This document shows positions 15,341 through 29,466 of a stretch of DNA of 64,000 nt, in pieces (position 1 is the stretch's first letter; every line of letters starts with the position of its first letter). This DNA is from Eledone cirrhosa (taxonomy: Eukaryota), in assembly GCA_964016885.1 (NCBI GenBank), contig CAXHJY010001198.1:2025-66024 (forward strand). Reading direction: 5' to 3'. Position numbers and translations under genes: made by a program. The notes below the pieces were generated by a model. The model worked only from the letters and a program-made list of their open reading frames with translations, was not told the origin of the DNA and did no database searches.

Positions 15341-18300
15341 ACTCTACCAATTACTGTCAATCCACTGCCCTAGACATGTGTGACACTCTACCAATTACTG
15401 TCAATCCACTGCCCTAGACATGTGTGACACTCTACCAATTACTGTCAATCCACTGCCCTAGACATGTGTGACACTCTACCAATTACTGTCAATCCACTGC
15501 CCTAGACATGTGTGACACTCTACCAATTACTGTCAATCCACTGCCCTAGACATGTGTGACACTCTACCAATTACTGTCAGTCCACTGCCCTAGACATGTG
15601 TGACACTCTACCAATTACTGTCAATCCACCGCCCTAGACATGTGTGACACTCTACCAATTACTGTCAGTCCACTGCCCTAGACATGTGTGACACTCTACC
15701 AATTACTGTCAATCCACCGCCCTAGACATGTGTGACACTCTACCAATTACTGTCAGTCCACTGCCCTAGACATGTGTGACACTCTACCAATTACTGTCAA
15801 TCCACTGCCCTAGACATGTGTGACACTCTACCAATTACTGTCAGTCCACTGCCCTAGACATGTGTGACTACCAATTACTGTCAGTCCACTGCCCTAGACA
15901 TGTGTGACTACCAATTACTGTCAATCCACCGCCCTAGACGTGTGTGACACTCTACCAATTACTGTCAATCCACTGCCCTAGACATGTGTGACACTCTACC
16001 AATTACTGTCAATCCACTGCCCTAGACATGTGTGACACTCTACCAATTACTGTCAGTCCACTGCCCTAGACATGTGTGACACTCTACCAATTACTGTCAG
16101 TCCACTGCCCTAGACATGTGTGACTACCAATTACTGTCAATCCACCGCCCTAGACATGTGTGACACTCTACCAATTACTGTCAGTCCACTGCCCTAGACA
16201 TGTGTGACACTCTACCAATTACTGTCAATCCACTGCCCTAGACATGTGTGACACTCTACCAATTACTGTCAATCCACTGCCCTAGACATGTGTGACTACC
16301 AATTACTGTCAATCCACCGCCCTAGACATGTGTGACACTCTACCAATTACTGTCAGTCCACTGCCCTAGACATGTGTGACACTCTACCAATTACTGTCAA
16401 TCCACTGCCCTAGACATGTGTGACACTCTACCAATTACTGTCAATCCACTGCCCTAGACATGTGTGACTACCAATTACTGTCAATCCACCGCCCTAGACA
16501 TGTGTGACACTCTACCAATTACTGTCAATCCACCGCCCTAGACATGTGTGACACTCTACCAATTACTGTCAGTCCACTGCCCTAGACATGTGTGACTACC
16601 AATTACTGTGAATCCACCGCCCTAGACATGTGTGACACTCTACCAATTACTGTCAGTCCACTGCCCTAGACATGTGTGACACTCTACCAATTACTGTCAG
16701 TCCACTGCCCTAGACATGTGTGACTACCAATTACTGTGAATCCACCGCCCTAGACATGTGTGACACTCTACCAATTACTGTCAGTCCACTGCCCTAGACA
16801 TATGTGACACTCTACCAATTACTGTCAGTCCACTGCCCTAGACATGTATGACTACCAATTACTGTCAATCCACCGCCCTAGACATGTGTGACACTCTACC
16901 AATTACTGTCAATCCACTGCCCTAGACATGTGTGACACTCTACCAATTACTGTCAGTCCACTGCCCTAGACATGTGTGACACTCTACCAATTACTGTCAG
17001 TCCACTGCCCTAGACATGTGTGACTACCAATTACTGTCAATCCACCGCCCTAGACATGTCTGACACTCTACCAATTACTGTCAACCCACCGCCCTAGACA
17101 TGTGTGACACTCTACAAATTACTGTCAATCCACTCCCCTAGACATGTGTGACACTCTACCAATTACTGTCAACCCACCGCCCTAGACATGTGTGACACTC
17201 TACCAATTACTGTCAGTCCACTGCCCTAGACATGTGTGACACTCTACCAATTACTGTCAATCCACTGCCCTAGACATGTGTGACACTCTACCAATTACTG
17301 TCAGTCCACTGCCCTAGACATGTGTGACACTCTACCAATTACTGTCAATCCACTGCCCTAGACATGTGTGACACTCTACCAATTACTGTCAATCCACTGC
17401 CCTAGACATGTGTGACACTCTACCAATTACTGTCAGTCCACTGCCCTAGACATGTGTGACACTCTACCAATTACTATCAATCCACTGCCCTAGACATGTG
17501 TGACTACCAATTACTGTCAATCCACTGCCCTAGACATGTGTGACACTCTACCAATTACTGTCAGTCCACTGCCCTAGACATGTGTGACTACCAATTACTG
17601 TCAATCCACTGCCCTAGACATGTGTGACACTCTACCAATTACTGTCAATCCACTGCCCTAGACATGTGTGACACTCTACCAATTACTGTCAATCCACTGC
17701 CCTAGACATGTGTGACACTCTACCAATTACTGTCAATCCACTGCCCTAGACATGTGTGACACTCTACCAATTACTGTCAATCCACTGCCCTAGACATGTG
17801 TGACACTCTACCAATTACTGTCAGTCCACTGCCCTAGACATGTGTGACACTCTACCAATTACTGTCAGTCCACTGCCCTAGACATGTGTGACACTCTACC
17901 AATTACTGTCAATCCACTGCCCTAGACATGTGTGACACTCTACCAATTACTGTCAATCCACTGCCCTAGACATGTGTGACACTCTACCAATTACTGTCAA
18001 TCCACTGCCCTAGACATGTGTGACACTCTACCAATTACTGTCAATCCACTGCCCTAGACATGTGTGACACTCTACCAATTACTGTCAATCCACTGCCCTA
18101 GACATGTGTGACACTCTACCAATTACTGTCAATCCACTGCCCTAGACATGTGTGATACTCTACCAATTACTGTCAGTCCACTGCCCTAGACATGTGTGAC
18201 ACTCTACCAATTACTATCAATCCACTGCCCTAGACATGTGTGACTACCAATTACTGTCAATCCATTGCCCTAGACATGTGTGACACTCTACCAATTACTG

Positions 18301-18899
18301 TCAGTCCACTGCCCTAGACATGTGTGACTACCAATTACTGTCAATCCACTGCCCTAGACATGTGTGACACTCTACCAATTACTGTCAATCCACTGCCCTA
18401 GACATGTGTGACACTCTACCAATTACTGTCAATCCACTGCCCTAGACATGTGTGACACTCTACCAATTACTGTCAGTCCACTGCCCTAGACATGTGTGAC
18501 ACTCTACCAATTACTGTCAGTCCACTGCCCTAGACATGTGTGACACTCTACCAATTACTGTCAATCCACTGCCCTAGACATGTGTGACACTCTACCAATT
18601 ACTGTCAATCCACTGCCCTAGACATGTGTGACACTCTACCAATTACTGTCAATCCACTGCCCTAGACATGTGTGACACTCTACCAATTACTGTCAATCCA
18701 CTGCCCTAGACATGTGTGACACTCTACCAATTACTGTCAATCCACTGCCCTAGACATGTGTGACACTCTACCAATTACTGTCAGTCCACTGCCCTAGACA
18801 TGTGTGACACTCTACCAATTACTGTCAATCCACCGCCCTAGACATGTGTGACACTCTACCAATTACTGTCAGTCCACTGCCCTAGACATGTGTGACACT

Positions 18900-19830
18900 C
18901 TACCAATTACTGTCAATCCACTGCCCTAGACATGTGTGACTACCAATTACTGTCAATCCACCGCCCTAGACATGTGTGACACTCTACCAATTACTGTCAG
19001 TCCACTGCCCTAGACATGTGTGACTACCAATTACTGTCAATTCACTGCCCTAGACATGTGTGACACTCTACCAATTACTGTCAATCCACCGCCCTAGACA
19101 TGTGTGACTACCAATTACTGTCAATCCACCGCCCTAGACATGTGTGACACTCTACCAATTACTGTCAATCCCCCGCCCTAGACATGTGTGACACTCTACC
19201 AATTACTGTCAATCCACTGCCCTAGACATGTGTGACACTCTACCAATTACTGTCAATCCACCGCCCTAGACATGTGTGACTACCAATTACTGTCAATCCA
19301 CCGCCCTAGACATGTGTGACACTCTACCAATTACTGTCAGTCCACTGCCCTAGACATGTGTGACTACCAATTACTGTCAATCCACTGCCCTAGACATGTG
19401 TGACACTCTACCAATTACTGTCAATCCACCGCCCTAGACATGTGTGACTACCAATTACTGTCAATCCACCGCCCTAGACATGTGTGACACTCTACCAATT
19501 ACTGTCAATCCACCGCCCTAGACATGTGTGACACTCTACCAATTACTGTCAATCCACTGCCCTAGACATGTGTGACACTCTACCAATTACTGTCAATCCA
19601 CCGCCCTAGACATGTGTGACTACCAATTACTGTCAATCCACCGCCCTAGACATGTGTGACACTCTACCAATTACTGTCAGTCCACTGCCCTAGACATGTG
19701 TGACTACCAATTACTGTCAATCCACTGCCCTAGACATGTGTGACACTCTACCAATTACTGTCAATCCACCGCCCTAGACATGTGTGACTACCAATTACTG
19801 TCAATCCACCGCCCTAGACATGTGTGACAC
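18900..19830. repeat. 340-bp (8-monomer) higher-order repeat, about three copies
   Basis: 40-bp deletions occur in triplets near 18941/19025/19109, 19281/19365/19449 and 19621/19705/19789. 340 = 8x44 - 12. Confidence 0.8.
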
Positions 19831-22800
19831 TCTACCAATTACTGTCAGTCCACTGCCCTAGACATGTGTGACTACCAATTACTGTCAATCCACCGCCCTA
19901 GACATGTGTGACACTCTACCAATTACTGTCAGTCCACTGCCCTAGACATGTGTGACACTCTACCAATTACTGTCAATCCACCGCCCTAGACATGTGTGAC
20001 TACCAATTACTGTCAATCCACCGCCCTAGACATGTGTGACACTCTACCAATTACTGTCAATCCACCGCCCTAGACATGTGTGACACTCTACCAATTACTG
20101 TCAATCCACCGCCCTAGACATGTGTGACACTCTACCAATTACTGTCAGTCCACTGCCCTAGACATGTGTGACTACCAATTACTGTCAATCCACCGCCCTA
20201 GACATGTGTGACACTCTACCAATTACTGTCAGTCCACCGCCCTAGACATGTGTGACACTCTACCAATTACTGTCAATCCACTGCCCTAGGCATGTGTGAC
20301 ACTCTACCAATTACTGTCAATCCACTGCCCTAGACATGTGTGACACTCTACCAATTACTGTCAGTCCACTGCCCTAGACATGTGTGACTACCAATTACTG
20401 TCAATCCACCGCCCTAGACATGTGTGACACTCTACCAATTACTGTCAGTCCACCGCCCTAGACATGTGTGACACTCTACCAATTACTGTCAGTCCACCGC
20501 CCTAGACATGTGTGACACTCTACCAATTACTGTCAGTCCACTGCCCTAGACATGTGTGACACTCTACCAATTACTGTCAGTCCAGCGCCCTAGACATGTG
20601 TGACACTCTACCAATTACTGTCAGTCCACTGCCCTAGACATGTGTGACACTCTACCAATTACTGTCAGTCCACTGCCCTAGACATGTGTGACACTCTACC
20701 AATTACTGTCAGTCCACTGCCCTAGACATGTGTGACACTCTACCAATTACTGTCAGTCCACTGCCCTAGACATGTGTGACACTCTACCAATTACTGTCAG
20801 TCCACTGCCCTAGACATGTGTGACACTCTACCAATTACTGTCAATCCACCGCCCTAGATATGTGTGACACTCTACCAATTACTGTCAGTCCACTGCCCTA
20901 GACATGTGTGATACTCTACCAATTACTGTCAATCCACTGCCCTAGACATGTGTGACACTCTACCAATTACTGTCAGTCCACTGCCCTAGACATGTGTGAC
21001 ACTCTACCAATTACTGTCAGTCCACTGCCCTAGACATGTGTGACACTCTACCAATTACTGTCAATCCACTGCCCTAGACATGTGTGACACTCTACCAATT
21101 ACTGTCAGTCCACTGCCCTAGACATGTGTGACACTCTACCAATTACTGTCAATCCACTGTCCTAGACATGTGTGACACTCTACCAATTACTGTCAATCCC
21201 CCGCCCTAGACATGTGTGACTACCAATTACTGTCAATCCACTGCCCTAGACATGTGTGACACTCTACCAATTACTGTCAATCCACCGCCCTAGACATGTG
21301 TGACACTCTACCAATTACTGTCAATCCACCGCCCTAGACATGTGTGACTACCAATTACTGTCAATCCACTGCCCTAGACATGTGTGACACTCTACCAATT
21401 ACTGTCAATCCACTGCCCTAGACATGTGTGACACTCTACCAATTACTGTCAATCCACTGCCCTAGACATGTGTGACACTCTACCAATTACTGTCAGTCCA
21501 CTGCCCTAGACATGTGTGACTACCAATTACTGTCAATCCACTGCCCTAGACATGTGTGACACTCTACCAATTACTGTCAATCCACTGCCCTAGACATGTG
21601 TGACACTCTACCAATTACTGTCAGTCCACTGCCCTAGACATGTGTGACACTCTACCAATTACTGTCAGTCCACTGCCCTAGACATGTGTGACTACCAATT
21701 ACTGTCAATCCACCGCCCTAGACATGTCTGACACTCTACCAATTACTGACAACCCACCGCCCTAGACATGTGTGACACTCTACAAATTACTGTCAATCCA
21801 CTGCCCTAGACATGTGTGACACTCTACCAATTACTGTCAGTCCACTGCCCTAGACATGTGTGACTACCAATTACTGTCAATCCACCGCCCTAGACATGTC
21901 TGACACTCTACCAATTACTGTCAACCCACCGCCCTAGACATGTGTGACACTCTACAAATTACTGTCAATCCACTGCCCTAGACATGTGTGACACTCTACC
22001 AATTACTGTCAACCCACCGCCCTAGACATGTGTGACACTCTACCAATTACTATCAATCCACTGCCCTAGACATGTGTGACTACCAATTACTGTCAATCCA
22101 CTGCCCTAGACATGTGTGACACTCTACCAATTACTGTCAGTCCACTGCCCTAGACATGTGTGACACTCTACCAATTACTGTCAATCCACCGCCCTAGACA
22201 TGTGTGACACTCTACCAATTACTGTCAGTCCACTGCCCTAGACATGTGTGACACTCTACCAATTACTGTCAGTCCACTGCCCTAGACATGTGTGACTACC
22301 AATTACTGTCAATCCACTGCCCTAGACATGTGTGACACTCTACCAATTACTGTCAATCCACTGCCCTAGACATGTGTGACACTCTACCAATTACTGTCAA
22401 TCCACTGCCCTAGACATGTGTGACACTCTACCAATTACTGTCAGTCCACTGCCCTAGACATGTGTGACACTCTACCAATTACTGTCAATCCACTGCCCTA
22501 GACATGTCTGACACTCTACCAATTAGTGTCAATCCACTGCCCTAGATATGTCTGACACTCTACCAATTACTGTCAATCCACTGCCCTAGACATGTCTGAC
22601 ACTCTACCAATTACTGTCAGTCCACCGCCCTAGACATGTGTGACACTCTACCGATTACTGTCAACCTACTGCCCTAGACATGTGTGACACTCTACCAATT
22701 ACTGTCAGTCCACTGCCCTAGACATGTGTGACACTCTACCAATTACTGTCAGTCCACAGCCCTAGACATGTGTGACACTCTACCAATTACTGTCAGTCCA

Positions 22801-23889
22801 CTGCCATAGACATGTGTGACACTCTACCAATTACTGTCAATCCACTGCCCTAGACATGTGTGACACTCTACCAATTACTATAAGTCCACTGCCCTAGACA
22901 TGTGTGACACTCTACCGATTACTGTCAACCCACTGCCCTAGACATGTGTGACACTCTACCAATTACTGTCAGTCCACTGCCCTAGACATGTGTGACACTC
23001 TACCAATTACTGTCAGTCCACTGCCCTAGACATGTGTGACACTCTACCAATTACTGTCAATCCACTGCCCTAGACATGTGTGACACTCTACCAATTACTG
23101 TCAATCCACTGCCCTAGACATGTGTGACACTCTACCAATTACTGTCAATCCACTGCCCTAGACATGTGTGACACTCTACCAATTACTGTCAATCCACTGC
23201 CCTAGACATGTGTGACACTCTACCAATTACTGTCAATCCACTGCCCTAGACATGTGTGACACTCTACCAATTACTGTCAGTCCACTGCCCTAGACATGTG
23301 TGACACTCTACCAATTACTGTCAGTCCACTGCCCTAGACATGTGTGACACTCTACCAATTAGTGTCAGTCCACTGCCCTAGACATGTGTGACTACCAATT
23401 ACTGTCAATCCACCGCCCTAGACATGTGTGACACTCTACCAATTACTGTCAGTCCACTGCCCTAGACATGTGTGACACTCTACCAATTACTGTCAATCCA
23501 CTGCCCTAGACATGTGTGACTACCAATTACTATCAATCCACCGCCCTAGACATGTGTGACACTCTACCAATTACTGTCATTCCACCGCCCTAGACATGTG
23601 TGACACTCTACCAATTACTGTCAGTCCACTGCCCTAGACATGTGTGACTACCAATTACTGTTAATCCACCGCCCTAGACATGTGTGACACTCTACCAATT
23701 ACTGTCAGTCCACTGCCCTAGACATGTGTGACTACCAATTACTGTCAATCCACTGCCCTAGACATGTGTGACACTCTACCAATTACTGTCAATCCACTGC
23801 CCTAGACATGTGTGACACTCTACCAATTACTGTCAGTCCATTGCCCTAGACATGTGTGACACTCTACCAATTACTGTCAGTCCACTGCC

Positions 23890-26540
23890 CTAGACATGTG
23901 TGACACTCTACCAATTACTGTCAGTCCACTGCCCTAGACATGTGTGACTACCAATTACTGTCAATCCACCGCCCTAGACATGTGTGACACTCTACCAATT
24001 ACTGTCAGTCCACTGCCCTAGACATGTGTGACACTCTACCAATTACTGTCAATCCACTGCCCTAGACATGTGTGACTACCAATTACTGTCAATCCACCGC
24101 CCTAGACATGTGTGACACTCTACCAATTACTGTCAGTCCACTGCCCTAGACATGTGTGACTACCAATTACTGTCAATCCACCGCCCTAGACATGTGTGAC
24201 ACTCTACCAATTACTGTCAGTCCACTGCCCTAGACATGTGTGACACTCTACCAATTACTGTCAGTCCACTGCCCTAGACATGTGTGACTACCAATTACTG
24301 TCAATCCACCGCCCTAGACATGTGTGACACTCTACCAATTACTGTCAGTCCACTGCCCTAGACATGTGTGACTACCAATTACTGTCAATCCACTGCCCTA
24401 GACATGTGTGACACTCTACCAATTACTGTCAATCCACTGCCCTAGACATGTGTGACACTCTACCAATTACTGTCAGTCCACTGCCCTAGACATGTGTGAC
24501 TACCAATTACTGTCAGTCCACCGCCCTAGACATGTGTGACACTCTACCAATTACTGTCAAACCACTGCCCTAGACATGTGTGACACTCTACCAATTACTG
24601 TCAGTCCACTGCCCTAGACATGTGTGACACTCTACCAATTACTGTCAGTCCACCGCCCTAGACATGTGTGACACTCTACCAATTACTGTCAATCCACCGC
24701 CCTAGACATGTGTGACACTCTACCAATTACTGTCAGTCCACTGCCTTAGACATGTGTGACACTCTACCAATTACTGTCAGTCCACCGCCCTAGACATGTG
24801 TGACACTCTACCAATTACTGTCAATCCACGCCCTAGACATGTGTGACACTCTACCAATTACTGTCAGTCCACTGCCCTAGACATGTGTGACACTCTACCA
24901 ATTACTGTCAGTCCACTGCCCTAGACATGTGTGACACTCTACCAATTACTGTCAGTCCACTGCCCTAGACATGTGTGACACTCTACCAATTACTGTCAGT
25001 CCACTGCCCTAGACATGTGTGACACTCTACCAATTACTGTCAATCCACCGCCCTAGACATGTGTGACACTCTACCAATTACTGTCAGTCCACTGCCCTAG
25101 ACATGTGTGACACTCTACCAATTACTGTCAGTCCACTGCCCTAGACATGTGTGACACTCTACCAATTACTGTCAGTCCACTGCCCTAGACATGTGTGACA
25201 CTCTACCAATTACTGTCAGTCCACTGCCCTAGACATGTGTGACACTCTACCAATTACTGTCAGTCCACTGCCCTAGACATGTGTGACTACCAATTACTGT
25301 CAATCCACCGCCCTAGACATGTGTGACACTCTACCAATTACTGTCAGTCCACTGCCCTAGACATGTGTGACACTCTACCAATTACTGTCAATCCACTGCC
25401 CTAGACATGTGTGACTACCAATTACTGTCAATCCACCGCCCTAGACATGTGTGACACTCTACCAATTACTGTCAGTCCACTGCCCTAGACATGTGTGACT
25501 ACCAATTACTGTCAATCCACCGCCCTAGACATGTGTGACACTCTACCAATTACTGTCAGTCCACTGCCCTAGACATGTGTGACACTCTACCAATTACTGT
25601 CAGTCCACTGCCCTAGACATGTGTGACTACCAATTACTGTCAATCCACCGCCCTAGACATGTGTGACACTCTACCAATTACTGTCAGTCCACTGCCCTAG
25701 ACATGTGTGACTACCAATTACTGTCAATCCACTGCCCTAGACATGTGTGACACTCTACCAATTACTGTCAATCCACTGCCCTAGACATGTGTGACACTCT
25801 ACCAATTACTGTCAGTCCACTGCCCTAGACATGTGTGACTACCAATTACTGTCAGTCCACCGCCCTAGACATGTGTGACACTCTACCAATTACTGTCAAA
25901 CCACTGCCCTAGACATGTGTGACACTCTACCAATTACTGTCAGTCCACTGCCCTAGACATGTGTGACACTCTACCAATTACTGTCAGTCCACCGCCCTAG
26001 ACATGTGTGACACTCTACCAATTACTGTCAATCCACCGCCCTAGACATGTGTGACACTCTACCAATTACTGTCAGTCCACTGCCTTAGACATGTGTGACA
26101 CTCTACCAATTACTGTCAGTCCACCGCCCTAGACATGTGTGACACTCTACCAATTACTGTCAATCCACGCCCTAGACATGTGTGACACTCTACCAATTAC
26201 TGTCAGTCCACTGCCCTAGACATGTGTGACACTCTACCAATTACTGTCAGTCCACTGCCCTAGACATGTGTGACACTCTACCAATTACTGTCAGTCCACT
26301 GCCCTAGACATGTGTGACACTCTACCAATTACTGTCAGTCCACTGCCCTAGACATGTGTGACACTCTACCAATTACTGTCAATCCACCGCCCTAGACATG
26401 TGTGACACTCTACCAATTACTGTCAGTCCACTGTCCTAGACATGTGTGACACTCTACCAATTACTGTCAGTCCACTGCCCTAGACATGTGTGACACTCTA
26501 CCAATTACTGTCAGTCCACTGCCCTAGACATGTGTGACAC
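23890..26540. repeat. 1339-bp tandem duplication
   Basis: CAAACC 24561/25900, GCCTTAG 24741/26080 and the 43-bp monomer CCACGCC 24830/26169 are all at offset 1339. Confidence 0.9.
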
Positions 26541-29256
26541 TCTACCAATTACTGTCAATCCACTGCCCTAGACATGTGTGACACTCTACCAATTACTGTC
26601 AATCCACTGCCCTAGACATGTGTGACACTCTACCAATTACTGTCAATCCACTGCCCTAGACATGTGTGACACTCTACCAATTACTGTCAATCCACCGCCC
26701 TAGACATGTGTGACACTCTACCAATTACTGTCAATCCACTGCCCTAGACATGTGTGACACTCTACCAATTACTGTCAGTCCACTGCCCTAGCCATGTGTG
26801 ACTACCAATTACTGTCAATCCACCTCCCTAGACATGTGTGACACTCTACCAATTACTGTCAATCCACTGCCCTATACATGTGTGACACTCTACCAATTAC
26901 TGTCAGTCTACTGCCCTAGACATGTGTGACACTTTACCAATTACTGTCAGTCCACTGCCCTAGACATGTGTGACACTCTACCAATTACTGTCAATCCACT
27001 GCCCTAGACATGTGACACTCTACCAATTACTGTCAATCCACTGCCCTAGACATGTGTGACACTCTACCAATTACTGTCAGTCTACTGCCCTAGACATGTG
27101 TGACACTCTACCAATTACTGTCACTCCACCGCCCTAGACATGTGTGACACTCTACCAATTACTGTCAATCCACTGCCGTAGACATGTGTGACACTCTACC
27201 AATTACTGTCAATCCACTGCCCTAGACATGTGTGACACTCTACCAATTACTGTCAATCCACTGCCCTAGACATGTGTGACACTCTACCAATTACTGTCAA
27301 TCCACTGCCCTAGACATGTGTGACACTCTACCAATTACTGTCAATCCACTGTCCTAGACATGTGTGACACTCTACCAATTACTGTCAATCCACTGCCCTA
27401 GACATGTGTGACACTCTACCAATTACTGTCAATCCACTGCCCTAGACATGTGTGACACTACCAATTACTGTCAATCCACCGCCCTAGACATGTGTGACAC
27501 TCTACCAATTACTGTCAATCCACTGCCCTAGACATGTGTGACACTCTACTAATTACTGTCAGTCCACTGCCCTAGACATGTGTGACACTCTACCAATTAC
27601 TGTCAATCCACTGCCCTAGACATGTGTGACACTCTACCAATTACTGTCAGTCTACTGCCCTAGACATGTGTGACACTCTACCAATTACTGTCAGTCCACT
27701 GCCCTAGACATGTGTGACACTCTACCAATTACTGTCAGTCTACTGCCCTAGACATGTGTGACACTCTACCAATTACTGTCAATCCACTGCCCTAGATATG
27801 TGTGACATTCTACCAATTACTGTCAATCCACTGCCTCAGACATTTGTGACACTCTACCAATTACTGTCAGTCCACTGCCCTAGACATGTGTGACACTCTA
27901 CCAATTACTGTCAGTCTACTGCCCTAGACATGTGTGACACTCTACCAATTACTGTCAATCCACCGCCCTAGACATGTGTGACACTCTACCAATTACTGTC
28001 AATCCACTGCCCTAGACATGTGTGACACTCTACCAATTACTGTCAATCCACTGCCCTAGACATGTGTGACACTCTACCAATTACTGTCAGTCCACTGCCC
28101 TAGATATGTGTGACATTCTACCAATTACTGTCAATCCACTGCCCTAGACATGTGTGACACTCTACCAATTACTGTCAATCCACCGCCCTAGACATGTGTG
28201 ACACTCTACCAATTACTGTCAATCCACCACCCTAGACATGTGACACTCTACCAATTACTGTCAATCCACTGCCCTAGACATGTGTGACACTCTACCAATT
28301 ACTGTCAGTCCACTGCCCTAGACATGTGTGACACTCTACCAATTACTGTCAATCCACTGCCCTAGACATGTGTGACACTCTACCAATTACTGTCAGTCTA
28401 CTGCCCTAGACATGTGTGACACTCTACCAATTACTGTCAGTCCACTGCCCTAGACATGTGTGACACTCTACCAATTACTGTCAATCCACCGCCCTAGACA
28501 TGTGTGACACTCTACCAATTACTGTCAATCCACTGCCCTAGACATGTGTGACACTCTACCAATTACTGTCAATCCACTGCCCTAGACATGTGTGACACTC
28601 TACCAATTACTGTCAATCCACTGCCCTAGACATGTGTGACACTCTACCAATTACTGTCAATCCACCGCCCTAGACATGTTTGACACTCTACCAATTACTG
28701 TCAATCCACTGCCCTAGACATGTGTGACACTCTACCAATTACTGTCAGTCCACTGCCCTAGATATGTGTGACACTCTACCAATTACTGTCAATCCACTGC
28801 CCTAGACATGTGTGACACTCTACCAATTACTGTCAATCCACCGCCCTAGACATGTGTGACACTCTACCAATTACTGTCAATCCACTGCCCTAGACATGTG
28901 TGACACTCTACCAATTACTGTCAACCCACCGCCCTAGACATGTGTGACACTCTACCAATTACTGTCAACCCACTGCCCTAGACATGTGTGACACTCTACC
29001 AATTACTGTCAATCCACCGCCCTAGACATGTGTGACACTCTACCAATTACTGTCAATCCACCGCCCTAGACATGTGTGACACTCTACCAATTACTGTCAA
29101 TCCACCGCCCTAGACATGTGTGACACTCTACCAATTACTGTCAACCCACTGCCCTAGACATGTGTGACACTCTACCAATTACTGTCAATCCACCGCCCTA
29201 GACATGTGTGACACTCTACCAATTACTGTCAACCCACCGCCCTAGACATGTGTGAC

Positions 29257-29466
29257 ACTCTACCAATTACTGTCGAGCCACTGCCCTAGACATGTGACAC
29301 TCTACCAATTACTGTCAAGCCACTGCCCTAGACATGTGACACTCTACCAATTACTGTCAAGCCACTGCCCTAGACATGTGACACTCTACCAATTACTGTC
29401 AAGCCACTGCCCTAGACATGTGACACTCTACCAATTACTGTCAAGCCACTGCCCTAGACATGTGAC
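29257..29466. repeat. Run of five 42-bp variant monomers (GTCAAGCC plus TG deletion)
   Basis: Five consecutive units ACTCTACCAATTACTGTC(A/G)AGCCACTGCCCTAGACATGTGAC. The AAGCC allele was seen only here. Confidence 0.95.

Larger units (their letters stand above)
1..26500. repeat. Left array domain, rich in 40-bp monomers
   Basis: Frequent 40-bp monomers, ACTATCAAT, and the CATGTCTGAC/CAACCCACCG/TACAAATT cassette (near 2670, 7130, 9173, 13630, 17060, 21727, 21900). I saw no GTCTACT, GCCGTAG, GCCTCAGACATTT or TG-deleted monomers here. Confidence 0.85.
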
